Origin: Hydrogenophilales bacterium CG_4_10_14_3_um_filter_63_21
GTDB taxonomy: Bacteria > Pseudomonadota > Gammaproteobacteria > Burkholderiales > Thiobacillaceae
DNA length: 64,000 bases
NCBI GenBank assembly: GCA_002784045.1
Contig: PFJX01000113.1
Span: forward strand, 2,619-66,618
Direction: 5' to 3'
The position numbers and the translations under genes were made by a program. Positions 53,853-62,929 of this stretch are shown here, piece by piece. The notes beneath the pieces were generated by a model. That model was not told the DNA's origin, searched no databases, and saw nothing but the letters and a program-made list of their open reading frames with translations. Position 1 is the stretch's first letter. The number at the start of each line of letters is the position of its first letter.

Positions 53853-54803
53853 ATGAAACTTGAAAACTTTGCAAAATGCATGGCAATCGCGGCCTTGCTG
53901 GTGTGCCACCCCATCGCTTGGGCCGACGAGGAATCGAGCGTGCGCCTGACCCAGAGCGATGGCGCCGTCGAGATCGTCAAGGCGGGCGCGGCGGCCGGGT
54001 CACCCGCCCGCGAGGGCGCGGTCCTCGAACGGGGCGACCGCCTGGTCACCCGCGACAAGTCCGCCGCGCTGCTGCTGTGGTCCAATGGCAGCATGGTCAA
54101 GCTCTATCCCAACACCGAAATCGTGCTGGCGGGTGTCTCCTTCGATCTGGAAAAGAAGATGGAAATGACCTTGCTGGACCTGGAGAAAGGGCGCCTCTTC
54201 GTCAAGGCGCAAGTCCCGGAACACCTGTTCTCCGAATTCAAGGTGCGCATGGGCGGGCAGGAGCTGCGCACCCAGGGGGCCGAGTTTGCCCTTGCCCATG
54301 ACGCGGAGAAGAAAAGCTTCAAGGCGCTGTCCCTGAGTGGTCGTCTGGTGATGGACCTGGGCACCACTCGCCTCAGGATCGACGACGGCCAGCAGGCCGC
54401 GGCCAACATCGGCGGCAAGTTGACCCAGGACGACATCAAGCCCATGGAAGACAAGACCCGGCAATCCCTGGCCAAGGTCTCCAAGGACCTGGGCGGCAGC
54501 CTGCTCATGGAAGAGACCGTCGGCGCCACCGGCGGGAAGCTTGTCATCAAGATCGGCGGCGTGGCCAACCGGCGCGGCAGCACACCGTACAAGGTGAATT
54601 TCAAGGCCCTGGTCAAGGGCGGCAGCGGCAAGCTCAAATCCGTCACCTGGGACTTCGGCGACGGCGAGTCCGCCGCCGGCAGGGAGGCGGAGCACACCTT
54701 CACCCAGGGCCTGTACGTGGTCATCCTGCGGGCCGAGGACGAAAACGGCGACAAGGCCTCCGCCCAGACCGGCATCTCGGTGGAGGCGGACTGTGGCTGC
54801 TGA
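53853..54803 (+). CDS. Secreted FecR-domain protein with C-terminal PKD domain
   Basis: 316 aa with a signal peptide ending AWA. FecR-like beta-sandwich region (GDRLVTRDKSAALLLWSNGSMVKLYPNTEI), then WDFGDGESAAGREAEHTFTQGLYVVILRAEDENGD. Ends ...EADCGC. Confidence 0.6.
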   Translation: MKLENFAKCMAIAALLVCHPIAWADEESSVRLTQSDGAVEIVKAGAAAGSPAREGAVLERGDRLVTRDKSAALLLWSNGSMVKLYPNTEIVLAGVSFDLEKKMEMTLLDLEKGRLFVKAQVPEHLFSEFKVRMGGQELRTQGAEFALAHDAEKKSFKALSLSGRLVMDLGTTRLRIDDGQQAAANIGGKLTQDDIKPMEDKTRQSLAKVSKDLGGSLLMEETVGATGGKLVIKIGGVANRRGSTPYKVNFKALVKGGSGKLKSVTWDFGDGESAAGREAEHTFTQGLYVVILRAEDENGDKASAQTGISVEADCGC

Positions 54804-54830
54804 GCGTGGACATCCCATAGGAGGCTGAAA

Positions 54831-55802
54831 ATGCTGACGGATGGTTGTGGACGCCGCGTGGATTACTTGAGGCTATCGGTCACGGATCGCTGTGATCTGC
54901 GCTGCTCGTATTGCATGCCGACGGGGTTCAAGGATTACGAGGAACCCGCGCATTGGCTGAGCTTCGACCAGATCGAGCGTCTGCTGTCCGTCTTTGCCCG
55001 CCTGGGGATGCGCCGAATCCGGCTGACCGGCGGCGAACCCCTGCTGCGCAACAACCTGACCGAGCTGGCCCGCCGGCTCGCCGCGCTGCCGGGTGTGGAG
55101 GACCTGTCCCTGTCCACCAACGGCACCCAGTTGGCTAAATACGCATCCCGATTGAAGGCAGCGGGGGTCACGCGGCTGAACGTCAGCCTGGACTCCCTGG
55201 ACCGCCGGCGGGTCCGCGCCATCACCAAGCGGGATGTCCTGCCCCAGGTGCTCGATGGCCTCGAAGCCGCGCGGGCGGCGGGCTTCTCGCTCATCAAGGT
55301 CAACATGGTGGCGCTGGCCGGCACGACCGACGCCGACATCGAAAACATGGTGGCCTACTGCATGGAACGGGGCTTCGTGCTGCGCCTGATCGAGACCATG
55401 CCGGTGGGCGCGACCGGCCGCGATGCGGGCTACCTGGATCTGCGCCCGGTGCGGGAGCGGCTGCGCGCGCGCTTCGGGCTGGTGGACGGCGTGGTGCCGG
55501 GCGGCGGCCCCGCCCGCTATCTGGTCGCTCCAGACGGGGGCTTCCAGATCGGCTTCATCACGCCGATCTCGCAGCACTTCTGCGCAACCTGCAATCGGGT
55601 GCGCCTGTCGGTGGACGGCCGGATGTTCCTGTGCCTGGGCCAGGATAACGCGGTGGATTTCCGCCGCCTGCTGTTGGACGGTGGCGACGACGCGGCCATC
55701 GAGCGGGCCTTGCTGGACGGGCTGCGCGCCAAGCCGGCGCGCCACGAGTTCAACCAACAACCGGACCGGATCGTGCGATTCATGTCCATGACCGGGGGGT
55801 AG
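54831..55802 (+). CDS. moaA: GTP 3',8-cyclase MoaA (radical SAM)
   Basis: 323 aa with YLRLSVTDRCDLRCSYCMP and the C-terminal cluster CATCNRVRLSVDGRMFLC. Confidence 0.9.
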   Translation: MLTDGCGRRVDYLRLSVTDRCDLRCSYCMPTGFKDYEEPAHWLSFDQIERLLSVFARLGMRRIRLTGGEPLLRNNLTELARRLAALPGVEDLSLSTNGTQLAKYASRLKAAGVTRLNVSLDSLDRRRVRAITKRDVLPQVLDGLEAARAAGFSLIKVNMVALAGTTDADIENMVAYCMERGFVLRLIETMPVGATGRDAGYLDLRPVRERLRARFGLVDGVVPGGGPARYLVAPDGGFQIGFITPISQHFCATCNRVRLSVDGRMFLCLGQDNAVDFRRLLLDGGDDAAIERALLDGLRAKPARHEFNQQPDRIVRFMSMTGG

Positions 55803-55904
55803 CGAAATGCCGTGCTTACGACGATCAAGGGCTGGGGAAATTCCGGTCGGCAGCGGCCGCGATGAAGCGGAAGTCGGACTTTGGGAAACACTTTGGAGAA
55901 GATC

Positions 55905-58298
55905 ATGATTGAGATGGAACTGACCAGAAGAACCTTTCTGAAGGTGGCCGGAGCCTCCGCCGCCGTCGCCGGACTGCCGCTCTCCAGCGGCGCCGAAGCT
56001 GCACCCGTCGCCACGACTTTCGGCGCCGCCGGCGCAGCGCCCGTGCCCGACCAGGTGGTGACTGCGGGCTGCCCGTTTTGCCAGAGCACCTGCAGCATGA
56101 AGGTGCATGTCCGCGAGGGCCGCATCGTGAATGTCTACGGCAATCCGGACGACCCGGTCACGGAAGGCAGGCTCTGCCCCAAGGGCCAGGCCAGCGTGGA
56201 TATGCTCTACAACAAGTATCGCCTCAAGTCGCCGCTGAAACGGGTGGGGCCGCGCGGCAAGCCGGAGTCCTATCAGGAGATCAGTTGGGATCAGGCGTTG
56301 ACGGAGATCGCCGACAAGCTCAAGGCCGTCAGTGTCAAACACGGGCCGGAGGCGCTGGCCTGGTGGGTGGGGGGCAGGAGCGAATCCCAGGCGCGCGCGG
56401 GGCTGACCGGCACGTTCCAGAAACTCTACGGCACGCCTCACCGCGAGGGCACCGGGCCGTTCTGCAACCTGGCCGGCACCACCGCATCGAATTCCATCCT
56501 GGGCCACAACAACCCGCCCTGGACCTACACCCGGGACGACTTCGGCGGCGCGGATTGGTACATGCTCGTCGGCGCCAACATGGCCGCCTGCAAAGTCGTG
56601 GCCTTCGGCAAGGTCAATGACCGGCGGGTCATGGGCAAGGCCAAAATCATCGCGGTGGACCCGCGCATGTCGGAAACCGCCGGCGCGGCCGATCTGTGGC
56701 TGCCGATCAAGCCTTCCACGGACATGGCGCTGGCCCTGGCGATGATGCATCACATCATCGAGAAGGACCTGCACAACAAGGCGTTCATCGAGAAGAAGGT
56801 GCTGGGCTTCGACAAGCTGAAGGCCTTCCTCGCCGAGAAGCAATACACCCCGGAATGGGCCGAGAAGGTCACCGGCATCCCGGCCGCGATCATCAAGGAG
56901 ATTTCGGAAGAATATGCCCGCACCGAGAAGGCGGTCATCATGGGCAATGCGGGCCTCTCCCATCACACCAACGGCCACATCACGCACCGCACCTTCCACA
57001 TGCTCGCCGCGATCACCGGCCATTACGGCAAGCCCTCCATGGGCTACGGTTGCGGCAATACCGGCGCGACGCCGATGGGCAGCATTTCGGTGCCGGAAGA
57101 CCGGGTGGTCAAACCCAAGCGGCAACGGCTGGGACGCTCGCCTGCCGCCTGGGTCGAGCCGATGATCACCGGCAAGCCCTATCCCATCAAGGCCTTCATC
57201 TCCACCAGCAATCCGCTGGTGCAGTGGGGGGATATCCAGCGCGCCATGACCGCCCTCGACAACCTGGATGTCTCCGTTTACTACAGCATGTTCCCCAGTA
57301 TCGAGACGCAGTATTTCGATTACATCCTGCCGGTATCGCCCTGGGCGGAGTCGGGCGGCGTGACGCCGGTGTCCGACGAGCGCCGCAACATCTTCGTGCC
57401 GCACATCATCCAGCCGCAGCACCAGGCCTGGCCGGAGCGCTGGATATTCATCGAACTGGGCAAGAAGATGGGCTGGGGCGACATCTTCAAGGACGAATAT
57501 AAGGACGCCATCGTGCTGCAACGGGCGATGGCCAAGAAGACCGGTTTTTCGCCCGAGCGTTTCCTCGCCAAGAAAGATGCCGCGCTGCGGGGGCCGCTGC
57601 CCAAGCCGGACTCGCCCGAGGTGGGCACCCTGTACACCGAAGCGCATGGCGTGCCCGGCAAGAAGGGGCAGTTTCCCCGGCCCTCGGGCAAGATCGAGAT
57701 CTGGACCGAGGTACTGGAGAAGATGTATGCGGCCCAGGGCATCAGCCCCCTGCCCGAGTTCTACGTGGATCCCGAGATCGGCATGAAAGACGGGCTGCCT
57801 TACCTGGAATATCTGGACTCCGATTCGGATGTCGGCATCACTTCGCTGATGAAGGGCATCGTCGCGGTCGGCAACATGCGGGCGCGGCGGGTCAAGATCA
57901 AGTACCCGGAAAAACCCGAACTGGCGGACTTCGACATGTACCTGACCTCCGGCCGTCCGAGTGCGGCGCACTTCGGCGACGGCACCCATTGGATACAAAG
58001 CCTCAACGACCAGGCCCCCGATCAGTTCTGCCTGATCCATCCCGACAAGGCCGCGCGCATCGGCGTGGTCACCGGCGACACGGTCAAGGTGGAAGGGCTC
58101 AAAGGCGCCGTGCTGGCCAAGGCATGGGTCTACGAGGGAATACGCAAGGACACGGTGTTCGTGCCCAACACCTATTCGGACCGGCAACCGTTCGCCCAGT
58201 GGAAGTCCCTGAACTTCATCGTCGACAAGGACAAGCGCTGTCCGGTCTCCGACCAGATCAACTACAAGGCGCTGGTCTGCAAGGTCACCAAGGCCTAG
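55905..58298 (+). CDS. Second Tat-exported Mo-bisPGD oxidoreductase catalytic subunit (Psr/Phs/Fdh-like clade, substrate unknown)
   Basis: ORF 55881..58298; ATG 55905 with GGAGA upstream. Twin-arginine signal LTRRTFLKVAGASAAVAG, FeS motif CPFCQSTC...C, and a candidate Cys Mo ligand in GTGPFCNLAG. Confidence 0.75.
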   Translation: MIEMELTRRTFLKVAGASAAVAGLPLSSGAEAAPVATTFGAAGAAPVPDQVVTAGCPFCQSTCSMKVHVREGRIVNVYGNPDDPVTEGRLCPKGQASVDMLYNKYRLKSPLKRVGPRGKPESYQEISWDQALTEIADKLKAVSVKHGPEALAWWVGGRSESQARAGLTGTFQKLYGTPHREGTGPFCNLAGTTASNSILGHNNPPWTYTRDDFGGADWYMLVGANMAACKVVAFGKVNDRRVMGKAKIIAVDPRMSETAGAADLWLPIKPSTDMALALAMMHHIIEKDLHNKAFIEKKVLGFDKLKAFLAEKQYTPEWAEKVTGIPAAIIKEISEEYARTEKAVIMGNAGLSHHTNGHITHRTFHMLAAITGHYGKPSMGYGCGNTGATPMGSISVPEDRVVKPKRQRLGRSPAAWVEPMITGKPYPIKAFISTSNPLVQWGDIQRAMTALDNLDVSVYYSMFPSIETQYFDYILPVSPWAESGGVTPVSDERRNIFVPHIIQPQHQAWPERWIFIELGKKMGWGDIFKDEYKDAIVLQRAMAKKTGFSPERFLAKKDAALRGPLPKPDSPEVGTLYTEAHGVPGKKGQFPRPSGKIEIWTEVLEKMYAAQGISPLPEFYVDPEIGMKDGLPYLEYLDSDSDVGITSLMKGIVAVGNMRARRVKIKYPEKPELADFDMYLTSGRPSAAHFGDGTHWIQSLNDQAPDQFCLIHPDKAARIGVVTGDTVKVEGLKGAVLAKAWVYEGIRKDTVFVPNTYSDRQPFAQWKSLNFIVDKDKRCPVSDQINYKALVCKVTKA

Positions 58299-58346
58299 CG
58301 CGGCGGTCCGGAGTCACAGACATCAGTTCTTGGAAAAGGAATCGAA

Positions 58347-58880
58347 ATGAGCCAGTTAGCGATTATGGTGGACCTGGAGCGCTGCATCGGATGCCGCTCC
58401 TGCGAAATCTCCTGCAAACTCGAAAACGGAGCCGAGAAGGCCCGGAACAAGATCATCCGGCTTGATCCCCGCGAGGGAAGCCGGCTGTCCTTCATGTTCA
58501 TGCCCTGCATGCATTGCGAAACCCCGGCCTGCAGCCAGGCCTGTCCCACCGGGGCCATCTTCAAGCGGGCCGAGGACGGGGTGGTGCTGATCGACGAGGG
58601 CAAGTGCATCGGCTGCCGCTATTGTTCGTGGGCCTGCCCCTACGGCGCCATGGGCTTCGACGCGGAACGGATGGTGGCCGACAAGTGCACCTACTGCGCC
58701 CATCGCCTTGCTCGCGGCGAGACGCCCTCCTGCGTCTCCAAGTGTCCGGGCCACGCGCTCAGTTTCGGTAAGGTCGATGCTCTCAGTGCCCAGGCAAAGT
58801 CGGAAGGACGCCAGATTCTCGACACCAATGCCGGTCGGACGAATCCCTCCACGTTCTATCTGGCGCGGCTGGGCAAGTAG
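58347..58880 (+). CDS. 4Fe-4S electron-transfer subunit of the second molybdoenzyme
   Basis: 177 aa with CIGCRSCEISCK, CMHCETPACSQACP, CIGCRYCSWACP and CTYC...CVSKCP. Confidence 0.85.
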   Translation: MSQLAIMVDLERCIGCRSCEISCKLENGAEKARNKIIRLDPREGSRLSFMFMPCMHCETPACSQACPTGAIFKRAEDGVVLIDEGKCIGCRYCSWACPYGAMGFDAERMVADKCTYCAHRLARGETPSCVSKCPGHALSFGKVDALSAQAKSEGRQILDTNAGRTNPSTFYLARLGK

Positions 58881-58941
58881 GTTTACGACGCATGGACCCA
58901 GGCTGGCATGCGCGGGCTGGTCTGGTTTTGAAGGAGTAGGT

Positions 58942-59550
58942 ATGCCCGGTAGTTTCGATGCGCCGTCGGACCCGTTGTGGTCCGACCTTTACGCCCAGTT
59001 GAGCGAGTTCTTCAAGGAGCCCTCTCCGGGCTTCGTGGAGGACGTCGCCTCCGGCCGGCTGGCCCGGTTCTTCGAGGAGCGGCGCGGGTTGTTGGGGCTC
59101 GACACCACCCTGATCACAGGCCTCGCGCCGGACGGGGAAGCACTGGGAGAGGAATACCGGCGGCTCTTCACCGGCCCGATGCCCCCCTACATCGTGCCGG
59201 TCGAGAGCGTGTACAAGCGTTGGGCGAATTCACCCGATTGCCAGTTGCCGATCGCCCTGGAAAAGGGCTACCTGATGGGAGACCCCGCCCTGGACATGCT
59301 GCGGCGTTATCGGGATCGCGGCATGGAGGTGCCGGATGCCTTCTCCTCCATGCCCGACCACCTCGCCCTCGAACTGGAATACCTGGCGTTCCTGGCTAGC
59401 CAGGGTGACGACCCGGCGTGTAGGGAATTTCTGTCCAGCCACCTGGATTGGCTGGGCGACCTGGTGCGCGACATCGAGAACGCGGGTGGAGGTGGTTTTT
59501 ATCTCTCCGGCGCCCGGATTGCCCGCGATATTGTCAAGTCGGCTCTGTAA
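58942..59550 (+). CDS. Second TorD-family maturation chaperone
   Basis: ORF 58708..59550 trimmed to ATG 58942. EEYRRLFTGP...VESVY...PDHLALELEYLAFL is typical of the TorD family. Confidence 0.7.
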   Translation: MPGSFDAPSDPLWSDLYAQLSEFFKEPSPGFVEDVASGRLARFFEERRGLLGLDTTLITGLAPDGEALGEEYRRLFTGPMPPYIVPVESVYKRWANSPDCQLPIALEKGYLMGDPALDMLRRYRDRGMEVPDAFSSMPDHLALELEYLAFLASQGDDPACREFLSSHLDWLGDLVRDIENAGGGGFYLSGARIARDIVKSAL

Positions 59551-59574
59551 TGAAGACCTAACGAGGAACACACC

Positions 59575-61971
59575 ATGACGAAGATATTTCTGGTCGAGTT
59601 CTCCCTGCGCCGTCCCAAGCTGGTACTCCTGCTGGCGGCGCTGCTCACCCTGGTGTTCCTCAGCCAGTTTCCCAAGATGCGCACGGACACCAACCCGAAG
59701 CACATGCTGCCCGATACCTCGGACGTGCGGGTGTGGAACGACAAGGTGGACAAGACCTTCGCCCTCTACGAGGACACCATCGTCGTCGGCGTGGAGAATG
59801 AAGTGAGCGCCGCCGGGGTGCTCAACCCCGATACCCTGGGCCGCCTGGCGCGCATCACCGATGCCATCCTGCTGCTGGACGGGGTGGCCTCCCGCGACGT
59901 CAACGGCTTCACCACCATCACCAACGTCACCGCCGAGGCCGGCACCCTGAAGGTGGGGCCGCTGATGCCGGCGGCGCCCAAGACTGCGGCCGAGGCGAAG
60001 GCGTTCGAGCGAACCTTGTTCGGCAATCCGCTGTTCGTCGACCGGATCATCTCCAAAGACGGCAAGACCACCGCCCTCTACGTGCCGCTGGAAAAGGGCG
60101 CCAACGGCGCCGAGATCGCGGAAAAGCTCCGCGTGATCGTGGCGAAGGAGCCGGGGCCGGAGCGCTACTACATCGCCGGCGACCCGGTGGCGCGCGATAC
60201 CTTCGGCGCCGAGATGTTCAAGCTCATGGCCATCTTCTCGCCCATCGCCGGCGCCATCATGTTCATCGCCATCCAGCTCATGTTCCGCAACCTGGCGCTG
60301 TCGGCCACCATGATGGGGGTGTCGATGGTGGCGATCATCTGGAGCATGGGCCTCTTGATCGGCGTGGGCTTCCCGGTGCACATCATGAGTTCCATGGCGC
60401 CGGTCTTCCTCATGGCCATCGCCACCGACAGCATCCATATCTTCAACGAGTTCTATTTCCGTTACCGGGAACGGCGTGGAGACCAGGACGCCAAGCTGAC
60501 GGCGATCCGCGAGACCATGGCGGCGGTGAACCGCCCGGTGCGTTACACGGCGCTGGCCACGGCGGCGGGTTTTGCCGTGATGTTGTTCATGAACATCATC
60601 CCGGTCCAGGTGTTCGGCGGCCTGATCGCCTTCGGCACCATCGTCCTGCGCCTGTTGTCCTTCAGCTTCATCCCGGCGGTGCTCACCTTCGTGAGCGAGG
60701 ACAAGCTCAAGGCCGCGGCCGAGGGCGCGGCGCGCGACCGCCTGGGGCCGGCATTGGGCCGGCTCGGGGCCTTCGGCGCGGCGCGTCCGGGCCTCACGGT
60801 GGCGGCGGTGCTGGTGCTGGCGGCGATCTCGGTCTGGGGCATGTCGAAGATCCACATCAACAACAACCTGGTCTCCTGGTTCAAGGCGGACAGCGAGATC
60901 CGCGTCGCCGACACGGCGATGAACGCGGCGCTGGGCGGCACCTCGCTGGGCTATCTGGTGGTCGAATCCATAGAGCCCCCCCCGAAGTCGCTGCTTCGCG
61001 GCGACCTCCCCCCAGGGGGCGAAGAAACTCTTGGGGCGGCCCGGCGAGTTTCTTCAGCGCCGGAGTTCATGAAAGACCCGGCGGCGATGCGCTGGATCGA
61101 AGGCCTGCAACGCCACCTGGAGGCATCAAAGGTGGTTGGCAAGACCTTCTCGGTGGCCGATTACGTGAAGCGCATCAACCGCGTGCTGCACGAGGACGAT
61201 GCCAAGTTCGATGCCGTGCCGGACACCAAGGACAGCGTCGGCCAATACCTGTTCCTGTTCAGCATGTCGGCCAAGCCTTCCGACCTCGACAACGTCGTCG
61301 ATCCGACCTTCACCAAGGCCAACGTCTGGGTGCAGATGAAGACCTGGGACGCCGACGCCATGCGCCAGGTGATCGCCGCCACGGCGGCCTATCAGACGGC
61401 GCATCCCCTGCCGGTGACGGTGAAGCCGGCCGGCATCGCCTACTTCAACCTGGTGTGGAACGAGGAAGTGCTGGGCGACCTGGTGCTCGGCTTCAGCCTC
61501 GCCCTGGCGGTGGTGTTCGTCATCCTGGCGCTCGACTTCCGCTCGCTGAAATGGGCACTGGTCGCTTATACGCCGCTGCTCTTCACCATCCTGCTGATCT
61601 ACGGCGTGGTGGGTTTCGTCGGCAAGGATTTCGACATGCCGCTGTCGGTGATGAGCACCCTGTCCTTAGGCATGGCGGTGGACTTCGCCATCCACTTCGT
61701 TAGTCGCTTCCGGCAGCGGCGCGAGGAAGAAGGCGCCCGTGAAACGGTGGCGGAAAGCCTGGCCTGGACGGCGGCGCGCCCCGGCAAGGGCATCATGCGC
61801 AACGCGCTGCTGTTCGCGGCGGCCTTCTCGGTGATGATGGCCGCGCCGCTGACGCCCTACATGGCGGTGGGCGCCTTCATCGTCGCCATGATGCTGCTCT
61901 CGGCCCTGTTCACCCTGCTGCTGCTGCCGGCGCTGGTGATGCTGGGGCGGCGCTGGCTGGCCGTGGAATAA
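59575..61971 (+). CDS. RND-superfamily exporter of the MMPL/HpnN-like (COG1033) type
   Basis: 798 aa. Two blocks each of one TM plus a large periplasmic loop plus five TMs. Typical of 12-TM RND proteins lacking AcrB-size loops. Confidence 0.75.
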   Translation: MTKIFLVEFSLRRPKLVLLLAALLTLVFLSQFPKMRTDTNPKHMLPDTSDVRVWNDKVDKTFALYEDTIVVGVENEVSAAGVLNPDTLGRLARITDAILLLDGVASRDVNGFTTITNVTAEAGTLKVGPLMPAAPKTAAEAKAFERTLFGNPLFVDRIISKDGKTTALYVPLEKGANGAEIAEKLRVIVAKEPGPERYYIAGDPVARDTFGAEMFKLMAIFSPIAGAIMFIAIQLMFRNLALSATMMGVSMVAIIWSMGLLIGVGFPVHIMSSMAPVFLMAIATDSIHIFNEFYFRYRERRGDQDAKLTAIRETMAAVNRPVRYTALATAAGFAVMLFMNIIPVQVFGGLIAFGTIVLRLLSFSFIPAVLTFVSEDKLKAAAEGAARDRLGPALGRLGAFGAARPGLTVAAVLVLAAISVWGMSKIHINNNLVSWFKADSEIRVADTAMNAALGGTSLGYLVVESIEPPPKSLLRGDLPPGGEETLGAARRVSSAPEFMKDPAAMRWIEGLQRHLEASKVVGKTFSVADYVKRINRVLHEDDAKFDAVPDTKDSVGQYLFLFSMSAKPSDLDNVVDPTFTKANVWVQMKTWDADAMRQVIAATAAYQTAHPLPVTVKPAGIAYFNLVWNEEVLGDLVLGFSLALAVVFVILALDFRSLKWALVAYTPLLFTILLIYGVVGFVGKDFDMPLSVMSTLSLGMAVDFAIHFVSRFRQRREEEGARETVAESLAWTAARPGKGIMRNALLFAAAFSVMMAAPLTPYMAVGAFIVAMMLLSALFTLLLLPALVMLGRRWLAVE

Positions 61972-61987
61972 AGGCCGGCAGTAAGGG

Positions 61988-62098
61988 TGTAGGGTGCGCC
62001 GTGCGCACCGCTTGCCGCTGGCTGGTGCGCACGGCGCAGCGGAGTCGTTGCGCTTTAGCGCTTACGAATCCGGCGTGCTCCTTGCGGGCGCACCCTAC
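61988..62098. repeat. GTAG-headed REP doublet
   Basis: tgtagggtgcgccgtgcgcaccg (61988-62010), an internal ggtgcgcacggcgca, and a terminal gcgcaccctac (62088-62098). It lies between the RND gene and the LolA-like gene. Confidence 0.7.
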
Positions 62099-62140
62099 GG
62101 AATCAATGGGTTGTATTGTGTTTCTGATAAGGAGATGGAC

Positions 62141-62929
62141 ATGAAACGATGGTCAGTCTTGCTCGCGGCTTTGCTCTTGCCGATTCCCGCCCTGGCGCTC
62201 ACTGGTGAGGAGGCGATGAAGAAGTCCCAGGCGGCGTTCCTCTACCCCGGCAAAGACTTCAAGGCCCGTGTGCTCATGAAGCTCATCAACAGGGACGGCC
62301 AGGAGCGGGTGCGCGAGTTGACCATGCTGCGCCGGAACGTGGGCGCGCCGGGCGGCGAGCAGAAATACTTCATGGTTTTCTTCAAGCCGAACGACGTGAA
62401 GGACATGAGCTTCATGACCTACAAATACCCGGCGAAGGACGATGACCGCTGGATGTTCATCCCGGCGGTGAACATGGTCAAACGCATCGCCGCGCAGGAC
62501 AAGCGCTCCAGTTTCGTCGGCTCGGACTTCACCTACGAGGATGTCTCGGGCCGCGACATCGAGGACGACAGCCACGCCATCGAACGCGAGGAGAAGGTGG
62601 GCGGCCGCGACTGCTACGTGGTGAAGAGCACGCCCAAGACTGGTGACGCCGATTTCGGCCACAAGCTCACCTGGGTGGACAAGGCGAATTTCCTGCCGCT
62701 GAAGGAGGAGCAGTACGACCGCAAGGGCGCCCGCTACAAGGAGTTCAGCGCCGACGAGGTGGCCGAGGTCAAAGGCTTCCCCACCGTGGTCCGGCGCACC
62801 ATGAAGAACCTGCAAACCGGCCACCGCACCGAGGTCGGCTACAGCAAGACCGACTACAACCTCGGCATCGACGACAGCCTGTTCTCCGAGCGCTTCCTGC
62901 GCCAGCCGCCACGCAAATGGGTGGACTGA
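62141..62929 (+). CDS. LolA-like outer-membrane lipoprotein-sorting family protein
   Basis: ORF 61994..62929 trimmed to ATG 62141 (MKRWSVLLAALLLPIPALA). FVGSDFTYEDV is typical of the LolA_like family as I remember it. Confidence 0.65.
   Translation: MKRWSVLLAALLLPIPALALTGEEAMKKSQAAFLYPGKDFKARVLMKLINRDGQERVRELTMLRRNVGAPGGEQKYFMVFFKPNDVKDMSFMTYKYPAKDDDRWMFIPAVNMVKRIAAQDKRSSFVGSDFTYEDVSGRDIEDDSHAIEREEKVGGRDCYVVKSTPKTGDADFGHKLTWVDKANFLPLKEEQYDRKGARYKEFSADEVAEVKGFPTVVRRTMKNLQTGHRTEVGYSKTDYNLGIDDSLFSERFLRQPPRKWVD

Noticed and set aside
54804-55904. Moco riboswitch upstream of moaA or of the second molybdoenzyme gene
   Set aside because: The gap before moaA is only 27 nt. In the 102-nt gap before the second enzyme I could not recognise the conserved Moco-RNA helices by eye. 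A covariance-model search would be needed, so I make no claim.
54873-58187. 1104-aa ORF on the minus strand, the longest ORF in the window
   Set aside because: It is antisense to moaA and the second molybdoenzyme gene, both of which have clear family signatures. Its translation is Arg/Gly/Ala/His/Pro-rich with no recognisable motif. This is typical of shadow ORFs in GC-rich DNA.
59230-60855. 541-aa minus-strand ORF
   Set aside because: It is antisense to the RND transporter and the TorD-like gene. Its His/Arg/Gly/Asp-rich junk sequence has no start context.
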